Source: Chrysemys picta bellii (Eukaryota). Taken from it: a stretch of DNA of 64,000 bases. The stretch is taken from positions 211,358,001-211,422,000 of the forward strand of contig NC_088791.1 of the NCBI RefSeq assembly GCF_011386835.1, read 5' to 3'. Every line of letters begins with the position of its first letter. The stretch's first letter is position 1. Under the pieces are notes generated by a model, which was not told the origin of the DNA, made no database searches, and saw nothing but the letters and a program-made list of their open reading frames with translations. Of this stretch, positions 12,440 to 26,310 are shown piece after piece. Made by a program: the position numbers and the translations under genes.

Positions 12440-14460
12440 GATCTGCCATCTCCCTAGGTACGTTGTTCCAATAATTAATTACCTTCACTGTTTAAAAAAT
12501 TGCTCTTTATTTCTATTCTGAATTTGTTTAGCCTCAGCTTTCAACCTCTGGATCTCATTATGCCTTTTTTTGCTAGGAGCAATTTACAATCAGAAATCTC
12601 TCTTCCATGCACGTATTTGCAGACTGTTATCAAGTCATCCTTTAACCTTCTCTTGAAGAAACTAAATAGACTGAGCTTTTTAAGTCTCTCTCTCTCTCTC
12701 TCTCTATAAGGCAGGTTTTACAGACCTTTCACCATTCTTGTAGCTCTTTTACTGAACCCTTTGCAGCTTCTCAAAACCCTTTTTTGAAGTGCAGACACTG
12801 GACGTGGACACAGTCTTCCAGGAACGATTTCATTAATGACCGATATAGAGGTAATAGGACCTCTTTAGTCCTACTTTATGTTCCTCTGCTTATATATCCA
12901 AAGATTGCATTCATCCTTTTAGCTAGAGAGTTGCAGTAGGAGCTCATGTTCAATTAGTGAATGCCATGACCTATAAGACCTTTTCATTGTCACTTCATTC
13001 TGGGATACAGTTCTCCATCTTGCAAGTGTGAACTACATTTAGAGCTGACTGAAAAATGGTATTTCCTTCCAATGAAAAATTACACATTATTGAAAAAAAA
13101 AAATCATTCCCCAAAAGGATGAAAGGTTAAAAAAAAAAGTTTGTCATTGAAAGGAAAATCCAGAAATATTCCATTTTGTGAGAACTGAAACAAATTTTTT
13201 CGGTTTGTCTGCTGCCAGCTTGGCAGGCAGGATCCCTGGCTTTCCAGTAACTGGGCAGCCCAGGAAGCTGGGCAGCCTGGGAGCCCCAGGGAACGCCAAC
13301 TAAGGAGCTGGTGACGTGGGATGCAAGGGAGCTGGCTAGATGGCAGCTCACCAGCTGGACAGGTGGCCAAACCAGGAAGCCTGGGATCAAGCCTGTCAGC
13401 TGATGGCAGGAAACCAAGAAAGAAGGGTGGGTGGGACCTACCTGGTTCTGATTTAAAATTTCAGTGGAATTGTTACATTTCCAAGGAACATTTTGATTCT
13501 GTCAAAGCAGTACTTTTCTGATGGGGAAACTGTTTTGTCAGAATTTTTTTGACCAGCTCTCCCTGTAGTGTTTATTCCTAGGTGTAGGACCTTGTATATG
13601 GCTGTTAAAATGCAAATTGTTCAAATGAGCCCAGCTTCTCTAGTGACCCATCTCGATTTCTATAACTGACCTGTCCCCATCAGCATTAACTGCTCCGCCA
13701 AGTTTTGAAAATTTTGCCAGGAATTATTTTATATTTTCTTCCAGATGTTGAAGAGCATTGTGCCAAGAACAGACCACTGATCGACCCAACTAGAAACACT
13801 TCCATAGGAGGATGGTTCCACATTTACCGTTGCTTTTTGAGATCTATCAGTTAATCAGTTTTTAATCCATTTAAAGCCCATCCATGGGCTTCATTGATTG
13901 TGGATAGTGTGTCTATTTTTTAATTAGACTTATTCACACATGACATTCTATCACAGTTATCTTTATCAACCAAAGTTGTTATCTGATCAAAAAACATATA
14001 GCAAGTTTGACATGACTTGTCCATAAATAATGTTGATTGATATTAGTTATGCTCCCATTCTTTAATTCATCATTAATTGTATCCGATATCAACCATAGTA
14101 TGATTTTAACCTGGGGTGAATCATAGGCTAAATGGCCTATCATTTATGACCCAAGTCATCCCACTTATGATCTTTAAATATTGGCACAACTTTAGCTTTT
14201 CTCCAGTACTCTGGAATTTCCCCAGTGTTCTAAGATTTCTTAAAAATTAATAACTATGTTTCAGAGCTCTCCTCAACTATTTTTAATATGTTTGGTTGCA
14301 AGTTATCTGGGCCTGCTGATCTAAAAGTATTTAATTTCAATAGTTCCTTTTTTACAACTTCCATAGTTTCTGATGCACTAGAAAGTATTTCATTATCACA
14401 TTAAGATATGAATATATCATCCTGTATCTTTCCAAATTCAGAACATAAACAAAGATGATT
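12440..14460 (-). mobile_element. CR1 LINE ORF2 fragment (~1.5 kb plus a nested MITE)
   Basis: Long antisense CR1 ORF2 similarity (ttgttccaataattaattaccttcactg...; tcagttaatcagtttttaatccattt; ttggcacaactttagcttttctccagtactctggaa...). Confidence 0.8.
13041..13560. mobile_element. MITE inserted in CR1
   Basis: Imperfect TIR AGAGCTGACTGAAAAA / TTTTTTTGACCAGCTCT, AT-rich subtermini, GC-rich core. CR1 sequence resumes on both sides. No convincing TSD. Confidence 0.65.
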
Positions 14461-16435
14461 TTAAGTTCTTGGGTTCCCTCTGAGAGAATTTTGTATATTT
14501 ATTTTTTTGTTACAATTCTTTATTATTAGAGCAGGTTGGATTTTTTTTTTTCCACATTTCAGCAGAAACTCCAGGGGGCAGGGAGGAGAAAATGTTGACA
14601 AATATTTGATAAAAGCAAGAAACAAATGTAGAAAATTCACTATTTCTCCCTCTGTTCTCTGCCAGCACAACTTATTAACTAATTGTTAATGCTGACAGTG
14701 CCATTGGCATTGCACAAGACAGATGGGAACAGGCACTGTACATGTAAAACAGACACAGAATATGAGATTCACTTGGGACGGCCAGATGAAGTTGTTAAAT
14801 CTATTTTTGGTGCTTCTCTTGCAGGCATAATATCGTATTTCCATTAAGGACACAGCTGTCTTGTCCTTATTAACTGAGACAAACTGCGTTTGAATCAAGG
14901 CTTATGCCAAAAGAGTCCTCTGTTTTAAGTCCTCACTATGAATACAATGGTTCTCGTAAAAGGAGAGGATGGAGATTTCTTCACTGGGACCTCAAGAATT
15001 CAACCTGCTCTTCCAGAAGAATGTGCAGGTGGTTATGCATACTGTAAAATCATAACCCTAGTACAAATGCATATGGGAGGGACGGATTAGCCCTAAATGT
15101 AAACACAAAAAAGTTTCAGAAAGGTGGTGGTGGGGAAAAGTCACATACAGTGCAAGCAGGATCATATCTGTGCCTCTACTTGTAATGAGGATGTATGTTT
15201 CAATGGAAGTTTTCTCATTGACATCAGCGCAATATAGCTAAAGTTCTGTGTAATAAGGTAACTATCCCCTTTAATGGTTATATTGAATGGATGAAGGTCT
15301 ATGGAAATACAAATAGGTATTGGTAAAGAGAAAGATGGTCCTGGGGGAAACAGTTAATGCTGAGGAAGATCCAGGTTGCTGTTTTATGCTCCCCTCTTTC
15401 CCAGCCAACTGGGAAGGAGGGTACCATATATGTGGCCTCCTTTCTCATAACATGCGGGGACACCAGCAGGGGAAGGATGCTGGCTGACCTCTCCCAGCCC
15501 TGGAGAGAAAGGACTAAGTAAATAGGGGTCAACTAGGAGAAGTTGTTTTAAGGCTGCAGCTGGTCTCAATCAGCATAGCCCCAAGGAGAGCTACCTAATA
15601 TTGGAAGATCTACAGTGCCTACACTTTACTCGCAGCAAAATCTTGATTAACATCAGACTCTATAGAGACTTAACTTCCACTGGGAGAAATCGGCATAGAG
15701 GGATAAAAATGCCGATGGCTTGAGCCAATCCAAATTTGTGTCAACATTTTTTAAAACTGAAAATGGTTTTTTTTTTCAAAAAAATCAAATTTGTCATGAA
15801 AAGTTTTTAACATTATCAAAACTTTCAAATTTTCTCATCATTTTCTCTGATACTCTTCACCAAACTTTTACTGACGTCAGTACAGAGGGTAGTTTTTACC
15901 AGAAACTTACCTTTTCTCACTAGAAACCAGGCTTTTGGTAAACAAAACATTTTGAAAATGATTTTGATAAAAATGTTGATACAAATTTCTGTAAAAAAAA
16001 TTGTGGTAAAAAATCTGTGTGCAAAACAGAAGCAAGGTGATTTTTTTTTCAAAATCACTTTCCCCCTTTTCCACTGTGATATTAGTGTGAGAAACAAACA
16101 GCAGCCTTTGTTTATTGAGTTATTCCACCCCTCAATCTACCACATACACACTTGGTTACAAGCAGATTTGTATAATCTTTACCCCAATCACAAAGCTGAG
16201 TATAAATATTTGCCTAAATCTTGAACTAACCATGCCTAGCAACTCAAATCAGTTTTATGAGCATGATACTTTAGTATTTTCTCATCAATGATATTACTCA
16301 TCTATAATCTCTCCTCAAACTGTTGCAAACCGACAAAGAAAGGGTAGACCATATTAACCAATCCCTTAAACATGAGTGTTAGTGACAGACCATCTTGCCT
16401 AGATTTTTCATACAAATTACAGAGTGGTGGAAGAT

Positions 16436-16441
<6 letters not shown>

Positions 16442-16482
<41 letters not shown>
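16442..16482. repeat. (CA)n microsatellite, about 20 units
   Basis: Directly visible. Confidence 0.95.
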
Positions 16483-16486
<4 letters not shown>

Positions 16487-18159
16487 TTTGAGACATTTGA
16501 TTTAAAACGCATTTTCTTCTTTGAAACCCTTTGATATATGCCATATGTGTGCCTTGTCCTGTCACAGTTTTTGCACACATTATAACTATCCAGTCACATA
16601 CTATTATATGTGAGCATGCACAGTTTCTATAAAAGTAGCCTACATCTTTTCCCATGATAATACTCCTTTGTGCTCGCCTGGTATTACTGAGCATGCTCAC
16701 TAAACTTGCCAGGCACGGAGCAGCCCATGCTCTCACTTTTCCTGCAACTCAGATACCCTCCTCCTGACAAGAGCTCCTCCATCTCTTTCCGACAGGTGTC
16801 ATTGGTTTAAAAAAAACAAAAGTTCAAACAAAACAATTGGATGTCAAAGCAGGATATGCACTCAGAGTGCGTGTCTTGGTTCAATCCCCAGCACCACCAC
16901 GATGGTTACAAATCGTGTTCCTCTGCACGATCTTTAGCTGGAGGATCCAGAAATCTCCTATTCCTGTGCACAGGCAAGGGAATTGATGGACATGGCCCAG
17001 ACAGTGCTAACCATGCATATAGTCACTTCCATAAATGCAACATCCGTGGTTAAGTACTTGCTGCTTATTTCATTTTTTACAGAACATTACATATACAAAT
17101 TGCTAGCTGAGGCATATACTTCTCGCAAGTTGAGGTATGCAAAAGCCTAGATTTACAAAAAAATATATTGTTCTTTTTCCTCATTAAATAACTTCAGTCA
17201 CACTTGGTCAGAAGTTCATATTAGCGAAATATGTGTTCTCTCTTGTTCAGTTGATAGGCATGGATATCAGTGACATTAAGCTTAAGTACATTTTGTGCAA
17301 AGCTATTGCTGAATAAGGATGTTTAATAGGATATGTCTTGGTGGTGTTGTAACCCACAACCTTTCCTGCTGTATGAAGTTAATGTGGTTATGTCTCTGGT
17401 GGTAATAAAGCTACATGGTGCCTATGTTACCTTGACAATACAGCTTTCATCTCTGCTGTCTAGAGGTCACAAGAAATGACATTTCAATTCATCAAATAAA
17501 AAAATCTTTGCTCCCTAGGGCAGAGTCTCTAGCTAGTAGGCTAGTATCTAATATGCAGCGGATAATAATCAAAATTAATATAGGAGTTTGAAAAATTACA
17601 GGTTACTTATAACTGTTAATTGTAGGGTTTTGTGCTTCTTTGTTTTAATTACAGACATCTACATAAGAAGAAACATTTATTAACTTCATTCAATATCAAT
17701 CCATGAACACACAGATTACATGCTTTTTGTTGTTAAATCTGGTTGAGCTAAGTAAGGAATATGTTCCAGTCGTGTGTCACTGAAAAAGAGGGGGTGGATG
17801 CCTAAAACATGGCATTCTTTTACTAGGGGAATCTTTTCTTCTTGCATTAAGCTGGTGCCTTGATCTGTCAAAACCACAAATACACTTTTGATATGTAGGG
17901 TAGAGACCAACTACTATCTAGGTCCCTGAAGATTCATTCCCTGGTTCAGCTAGTAGGAATTAGATAACCATTGTATGCTCTTAAATGTTTTTCAGCATTT
18001 TTAGAATGTCACTGCTCTAGTTTAGAGAGAAGCAAAACTATTTTATACTTTTTTTCAGCTATTGGAACTTGAATCGGTGAGATGCTAAGATTCACAACTA
18101 GCTATGAAATCTATATAGTCACCACCTAATAGATGAGGTCAATAGGCAAGTGTTTAAGT

Positions 18160-18365
18160 AATAATAATTATACATAGCTCTTATATAGCATTTTCCAGCT
18201 GTAGATTAGAAAATCTTTACATTTTACTCATGGGAAAATTGAGGCATTAAGAGGTGAAATGCCCTGCTCAAGATCACTTGTATGGCCAGTAGCTGAGTTG
18301 GGAATGAAATCAAGTTTTCCAGAGTCCCAGTCCAGCACCCTGTCCAATAGATCACATAGCTCCCC
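18160..18365 (-). mobile_element. MIR/CORE SINE
   Basis: gggaaaattgaggca...gaggtgaaatgccctgctcaagatcac...agagtcccagtccagcacc is the antisense CORE domain and head. Confidence 0.8.
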
Positions 18366-18454
18366 CTACCTTATACTGTTATTTTCCCTTACTTAATTTT
18401 TTTTAAGAGTCAAAATATAAAATTAAATATATATGCAGCAGATTTGCCTGACTA

Positions 18455-18600
18455 ATAGCCAGATTGTGCCACCCTTACTCACATTAAATAATATCTTACT
18501 CCGGGAGTCATCCCATTGATTATAAATGGGACACTTACGGGGTTATAAAATGTGACCTCTTTTGGATAAGGTACTACCTAATGTGAGCAGGGGCTTGTCT
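18455..18600. repeat. Short ancient palindromic repeat (MITE-like)
   Basis: gccagattgtgccacccttactcac... core tcccattgattataaatgggac ... gtgagcagggg; the two halves are imperfectly self-complementary. Confidence 0.55.
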
Positions 18601-19870
18601 TCATTTCAAACTTTACTGGAATAATAACTAGAAAGTTGCCACTCACACAAACTCCACAGACACAAACTCTTAATTCAAGTGTGGTGATGCTTAGAGCACC
18701 AGTTGACTCCTTGTCAGGGGATATATGCTCAAGTTAGCACAATTTGTCAGCTCCTAACATGACTACTGTACAGTGTGTCTACTTGAGTGCCACTAGTCCT
18801 CCACTGCATTCCCACAATTCACTCACATGCAACTAGGAAGTTCAGACAAATTCCCCCACAATTCACCAGAAAGAATTCATAGAACAGCTCAGGTTGTTAT
18901 ACCACAAAGAACCATGGGATATGCCCTCAAAAGTCCTCACACCGATGAGTACAGCACCATTGTGGACAAAGCAGGTCTAGTGTTATTTTGCAGCGTGGCT
19001 ATTCTCGCTGAAGCTAGGCTAGCTCCAAAGGAGTAAGCATGCTTGTAGATATTTGAGTTAACTGTGAAGTGGAAAAAAAAATCATCTGATTAGCAGACTC
19101 TGGCTCTAAATTAATGTTTTACTTTATGCAAGCACTCAAAATCATCTCCATAAATAACAGTGAATGCCAACTTTACAGAGAAGAAATGTTAATAGATTTA
19201 CATAAGTAAAGCAACATTTGTGGGAAACTGGAGTTCAGTAAATCTGCATTTTGTATTTCTAACTGTAAAACAATATACCCAATTATTTCATGATTCTAAA
19301 AACAGCATGTAAACATTTTGAAAAGAATATCAGAAAGGTAATTATTAGAACTGGGGAAATAACGCAAAACTTCCAGCAGGAATATGTCAGATATTTTAAA
19401 TGAATTACAAGCCTCGATAAAGTTATCTCTTTTGTGTTCACTTTCTGCAAACATTTGTGAAACTGAAATTAACTGGCACAAATATTCCCAGAAAACAAAT
19501 GTTAAATATTAAATTCACACATGCAAGCTTCTGTTAACACACCTAATAAGGGAGCAGATATAATACAATATAAATTAAATATTAAATTGTATTGCAAGAA
19601 TCCTGGGTTTATTTTTGTTTTCAAATCCAAAGAGTAAAAAAACCCACAAATTTTCAAACAAGTTAAAATTCATTTGCAGATATTCTGTAAGCAGAAAATG
19701 TGGTTAAATTCATTTAGGAATCACCCATTGAATCAATGGCAGAGCTCCCATTCACTTCAATCATGCAGAATCAGGACCCAAATGCATTTTCCATTCTCAG
19801 AAGAATGGTGCCTTTGGAGTGTCCAGTTGAAATTATGGTTTTGGTTGCTATAAGTTGGTGCAATAGGGTG

Positions 19871-20669
19871 TGTTAGGATATAGATATGCAGGCCTGCCTA
19901 TAAAGGCCTATACTTTAAGAATGTAGGTATATTTTTATTACTTAGCTAGTTATAGAGGTATAAAACAAAGAATCAAAATCACAGTCTGCCGGTGTATGGG
20001 CCTTCTCTCACTAGGATAGTCTGAGGGTTTTTTCTTAGGCTTTGGCTAAGCAGCAGGGGTAGCCATAAACTGGGAGGTGTATGATGACGGTCACATCCTC
20101 ACATTCCAAACCAGTCACATTGAAATAAGGTGGTACTGGGCTGTTAGGAATACAATCCTGTCCTGATAGTGCCCATCACCACCAGATAAAGAAAGACATC
20201 TTAAGATGGTTAAAGAAAACTTAGTTTGATAGCATCCTATCTGGAAAGAAATCACTTATCAATGGCGGTGGTTGTGAAACCCTTATTTCTATATTGTTTT
20301 ATCTTTGTGGGCCCCACTTTTCTATTGTTAATCTGTCTGGTTCTCTAATTGTTTCTGTCTGCTGTACAATTAATTTTGCTAGGTGTAAGTTAATTAGAGT
20401 TGTGGGATATAACTGGTTAGAGAATTATGTTACAATATGTTAGTATTGGTTAGATAGATTTCAGTAAAATGATTGGTTAAGGTATAGCTGAGAATATTAC
20501 TATATAAACTGGGGTCAAACAGGAAGTAGGTAGGTAGGTAAATTGGAATCATGCTTACTGGAAATTAACCCAAATAAAAATTGCATTGTCTGCACTTCTG
20601 GTCTTTTGCTGCTTGCTGTCTGCGTGACAAGAACCAGGGAAGTGGAAGAATGGAGGGAAAGCCCTCTAA
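19871..20669 (+). mobile_element. ERV-like solo LTR (~800 bp)
   Basis: TGTTAGG start, reverse CCAAT (ATTGG) motifs near 20446 and 20472, TATATAAA at 20501, AATAAA at 20573-20578, ends gggaaagccctctaa (terminal CA not seen). Confidence 0.7.
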
Positions 20670-21696
20670 GTGGATGTGCTAACCAAAGAGCACAGCACAT
20701 CATGCTAAGCAGGGGGAAATGATTATTTATAATAGGCAATGATTGAACTGAAGGTGGGAGTTGGAAAAATGGGGGTGGGAGTTGTAATTAAACTTCTAGT
20801 GGAGATCAGACCCTTCTATGGATATTGCTGAACAAGTGTGCTGCAAATAGCTTTTTATCCTTGGCTACAAAAATCCACCAGAAGAGAACTTTATTTTATT
20901 TTTATGTTTTTTTGGCCTTTGGAATGCCCCAAAATGCAGGTATTTACAACAAAAAAAATATAAACCAGAGGAAGATATCACTGTAAAGGCTTTATCCATC
21001 TCCTTTTACAAATAACTCAGTTCTCAAACACTGACAAAAGGATTATTTCAGACAGTGGCAGGCATTTGCCGTTACCTAAATGTATCAGATTAAGAGGTTC
21101 ACTTCAAATGAATTTTTTTAATGAAATTTATATTAGTTTTCCAAATGATCAATATCAGCAAACAATATGACACTACTGGATTTTGCTGTATTCTGGGATC
21201 AAATACGTATGCTTCATGGATTTGACAACTGTATACCAGCAGGAAATAAATACATAGTTTGCTACTATATGGTTATATTACTGAAGTATGTAGATTTTAA
21301 ATAAGTTGTATGAAAAGTCTGATTTACCATACTGGCACAGTAATTACAAGGTTCCCTAAATAATATCTCTTATTATTTGTTTTCTGTGTACTGTGCCTTT
21401 TAAGTAGAGAGGAGTCCTACTTCTGCAGCAGAGGAAGCTTCCATTTTCTTGGTGGATGGAAAAGAAACCATCCAAGACTTTGTCATTTGACTCATTAATA
21501 GTTAAAGAATCAACTTTTCAAGGTCTTTGCAGATTGAGGGCCAAATCACCTGGTAAAACACCTGATGATCGGGCCCTCTGAATTCTCTACCTCAGATACA
21601 AAGGTTCAAACATGTTTTTCAAGCACTATTAATAAAAGCGCTATGGGCCCCTGTTTCTTTAACAATTTTTATACATTTGCTCCAATGTAAGACCTC

Positions 21697-21811
21697 TGGA
21701 CACTTATTCACATGCTTAACTGTAAGCATGTGAATATTCCTGTGAAGTCAGTGAGACTACTCACATGCTTAATTTTGAGTGCATGTGTAAGCATCTGCAG
21801 GAACAGGGCCT
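21697..21811. repeat. Short ancient palindromic repeat (same style as 18455)
   Basis: tcacatgcttaactgtaagcatgtga internal palindrome, gtgaagtcagtgagactac core, GGGCC-type terminus. Confidence 0.55.
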
Positions 21812-23449
21812 AACACTTCATTCCAAATCTTAATTAGATGAGAGTGTGAATAGATGCCTTACATTTGTCTATTTCTTTTAGCATCTCAATATTAAAGTTC
21901 TCAAATCTTTCACTTTATCTATTTTCACTTAATTATTATGTTTCTATTACTACATTATCCTGACTGTTAAATTTTTTTCCTGCGTTGAATTTATGGATTC
22001 TCTTCCACCTCAGGACACAGTACATGCTTCCAATGCAGTGGCATTCTCATTATTATTGTCATCAGCATTAGTAATGGATTAACCATCATTCTCATCACAA
22101 AAAAACAAGTTCATTATCTGATAAGACAAATATTTCTTCTGATACATCAAGAGGTATTTGATTTGCCTTATTTATATTCTCAGTGGGCATCTCTCCCTCA
22201 CTTGCTGGAGATGAGAATTATCCTTCCATAAGTAAATTGTCATTCTACTCATTACTCCATTCTGATTGAGGTGTTTTTTTTTGTTTTTTTTTTTCTCCTT
22301 TGCAACATGGGATCCTTATTTGTTTTTTGCCTTCCTTCACTTAATTGGTTTGTGACTCCTGAGATACAGTAGTTGTTCCATCCTTTAATATGTAAAATAG
22401 GTTATAGGTTCTATATTTTTATATGAACGTCATATCTAGCAATAATTTAAATAGAAAAATACTAATTCTACAATTATTTTTTAAAAGAAATAGATTGGTT
22501 AACTTAAATATATATTTATTTGCTGAAATTATTTAATACTGCACATGAGGTTCAGTGTCCATATTAACTCCATAACAGACCTCGGTTGTGAAATTCATGC
22601 TAATCATGACTTTAATGGAGCAAAGTTTTTGTATTTGTTCTTAGGTTTCATTTCAGAAGATGGAAAGGATTTTGTTGTTATTGTTGTTGTTCTTGTTGAT
22701 CTAACATTTGAAATTACTTCTATTAAAATTATTGCATTGAATCTAGTGCCAGCATTTAATTAACTGCCATTTATTTGCCATCCTTTTAAAATATATGGAG
22801 CACATTTAAAATATATTAGATCATATGTTTTCTTAGGAGACATGCTATCCTGTTCTTCAGAGCTGGAAAAAACTGCAGACAACCATAGAAAGTGGTAATG
22901 GTGGAAGAGGAGAAGGGCACATGTTACTCGACCATCACATACTGGGGTCCCATGCTGCTGCTCAAGTAATAAAGGAGAATGTGAACAGGCCACTGAGGGA
23001 GGAATCAGGACTGCTGTTCTATACCTCATATTCCCCCTAGCATGAAAACATGGTGTACAATATTTTTGAAATATGTATATATTACTTTTCAATTCAGAAC
23101 ACATTTTCTGACTGTCCTGCTACTGCAGAGGGCAAGGGAAGCACATGCTGCACTATTTCAAAGTCAGGTCCTCTGCCAATATGGTGTGCTCTGTTCAACC
23201 CAGGCCCTGATTATCAAAGTCAGAAGAGTCCTATACATTTAGGCATACAAAGAGTAGAGGTAACATAACATTTATTTTCCTACCTTAAGAAATCATTCTG
23301 AATGTCTATTAATATTTTACATTAGCATCCAAATATGCTGGCTATTGTATATAGGGAGACAAAGTCCTTTCCTTGAGGAGATTGCAATTTAAAACGACCA
23401 AAAACAGATGTGTGTCTGTGTCTTTTTATTTAGTTGTAAGAAAAAACTG

Positions 23450-23647
23450 GAGTACTTGTGGCACCTTAGAGACTAACAAATTTATTAGAGCATAAGCTTT
23501 CGTGGACTACAGCCCACTTCTTCGGATGCGAAGTGGGTTGTAGTCCACGAAAGCTTATGCTCTAATAAATTTGTTAGTCTCTAAGGTGCCACAAGTACTC
23601 CTGTTCTTTTTGCGGATACAGACTAACACGGCTGCTACTCTGAAACC
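23450..23647. mobile_element. Penelope-like element pseudo-LTR, fold-back (hairpin) insertion
   Basis: 71-bp inverted arms 23450-23520 / 23530-23600 (1 mismatch, 9-nt loop), then the pLTR tail ...gactaacacggctgctactctgaaacc. 13-bp TSD TAAGAAAAAACTG (23437-23449 / 23648-23660). Confidence 0.9.
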
Positions 23648-26251
23648 TAAGAAAAAACTGAAGCTCAGAGAATAAGTGTTATTGTCACAACTTACTGCAG
23701 CAAAAAAGAGACATTTAAGAGGGAAGGAGAGGAGAGTTGGAGGAAGATTCAAACCGATGTCCTGATTGTGAACACTTCCACTTCAGAAAGATAGGATCCA
23801 AATCCAAACGTTGCAGCTCAGGGCCATCTCTCAGAAGAAAAATGTGGAGAATGAGAAGCAACAGCAGACATCGTAGGAACATGTATTTCCTCTGTACTTT
23901 GACTACAGTGGAGGCAAAAACAGTGGTGGCAAAACCCATTAGAGCAGGGGTTATGCATGACCTATGTCCAAGGGCTTGAACCCAACTATAGATTACGAAG
24001 AAGTAAGAACTATACTTCAGCCACAGAAAATATCATGACAGATGAGAAATCGGAAATTTTGTTGTTATGATATTTATCACTGACCCACCCACTGATTAAG
24101 AAAAAAAATTAAACTGAAGCGTGGAATAAGCCAGGTGAAAATAATGGTACTAATTGGATGTAAATCCATGCACACTATGATCCAGAGTATGCCAGTTTTA
24201 TTCACATTGGTAGTACCATCTTTCTCAAATAGTCCCTGTGATGGGTTAGTCTGCAGTGCTCCCTCTTACCCAGTCAATTACAACAGAAGTGTTACTTTTT
24301 ACAAATCTATTTATCTGGCTCCATTGCGACTTGAGGATGCCCTGACATGACTTCTGATCTGGCCAGGAGGTGATCATCGCTAATGACATCCAGCTGTCTT
24401 TGGCCCCTGCTGCATCACACAAACTATAACTTGCATCAGTAACAAATTCTTGGTGAGAGGATTTAATGGGGACCATTTTTCTTCTCTTGGCCTATTTTTT
24501 AAGTCCCTTTGTCTGGAGGATTTCCTTGTGCTTTCATCTTCCTGCAAATATCCTATTTCCATTATGGAAAATATCAGGTTGCAGTTAGCTTATGTGCTTT
24601 TTGCTAATCCATTTTCTGGGTGGGAATCCAGCATGCTTCCTCTATGCATATAGAAACCTCTGAACCTGGGTAAAGCTCCTGGCAACCAGTCTTCAGAAAG
24701 GGGATAGGAAGAATAAGATCCTGCTCCTCCTGGCCCATTCATGTAAGCTTTTCAGTCTCCATTTGAGTATGGAAAACATTGCCAGAAAGTCCTTTGACCC
24801 AGTATCATTCTGTTCCCTTTGATCATTCTGCATGAAAGTGCTGCTTGTTGTTTCCAGTTCAGTCACCCTGATTTCTGCTAGATTAGATCTATCACCCAGC
24901 CTCAGAATGCTTGATGAGTTATCTGTTTTTAATTTGACATCACTTACACAGCAGAAAGAGCCTGCCTGCATGCTGAGAATTAACAGAGGTGGTATTCCTT
25001 GCCAAATGCTGCTCAGAGAGCCTACGTCTGAGCTCTGAAAACGGAGTGGGCAATGGAGGAAGGGGGGGAAATAGACTGCTTTGGCATCCATTTGCTAGTC
25101 TTCTGATATTTCCCTACATTTCGCATCTTGCTTCTGGGAGGGTTAGGAAACATGATGATAAGATCTGATGTCCAGTATTTATCATTTTCAAGGCAACTTT
25201 GTTCAGGTGCCTGAAAAATCCCTCCAGTTATTATTGTTTGTAAGTTCCTAAGGGCCCCAGTTGACCAGGATCCCTTTGTCTTAGGCACAGTACAAAGATA
25301 GAACAAAAAGACAGTCCCTGACCCAAAGAGCTTATCAAGCTGCCAGCAAGCCCCACCATCGCAAGCTAAAACTTTTGCTTACTCTAGCAGTTTTCTTTTC
25401 TTAATGTTTTGTTAATCCACTGCACTGTGACATAATGCACAAAATGCAATAGCAAAGAAATCTCCAAAGAATAAACTAAACATCACATGTCATCCTTAAG
25501 AGCCTAAATGCTGGAGTTGGGAGTGGCAGAAATATATATATATATATAAAAGTTTCTGCTTTAAAAGAAAAACACACAGGAAAGGGTGAGAGTGACCGGA
25601 GTTTCATGGGGAGGGCAGGTAGCAGGTGAATATTTGGATCTTCTCTTTAAATGAGAGTGCTGTAAAAATTGGTATTCCCAAATGATTCTTACATTTCCTC
25701 AAAAATACGTTTAGGAGAAGAAAAAGAAAAAAAAAAAAAAACACAGCAAATGTTAATGAGGGAGCTACTTCTGGCACTATTTCCAAAAAATTCAGTCCTA
25801 ACTCTAGAAATCACCTGAGTTCATCACTAGCCATAACTTTTTATTGGATGGTATTTACAGCTACTTTGAGTTACTCATCAGAAAGTATAATCTGCATTTA
25901 GACATATTCCTATAGAAACAATCAACTATGCCTGTCAGTCAGAGTGACAACTCCACAGTTACAGTTTAAGAGTCACACTGGGGAAGGAATTAGAAAAGGA
26001 ATGAAATGTACTATTCTGCGAGTGTGGGAGTGTTATAGTTTGACTGCTCAACTGCTAACCCACATAATTCTTTTCTAGCACATAAACTCTAGACTCAGCT
26101 GTTTTTAGTCTACTCTCATTTTTTAAAAAATAAGCCATGAAATGTTGACTACAGTAACTTAGGACCTGATTTCAAAAGGGGCATCAAATCCGTTTTGTGG
26201 GAATGAATAATTGTGTGGTCAATAGAAGTTCCTTAGATATCTATCAACCTG

Positions 26252-26255
<4 letters not shown>

Positions 26256-26308
<53 letters not shown>
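26256..26308. repeat. (TG)n microsatellite, about 26 units
   Basis: Directly visible. Confidence 0.95.

Positions 26309-26310
<2 letters not shown>

Noticed and set aside
16796-17053. Exon after the strong acceptor at 16795 / 70-aa ORF
   Set aside because: No frame gives a recognisable protein and there is no convincing GT donor.
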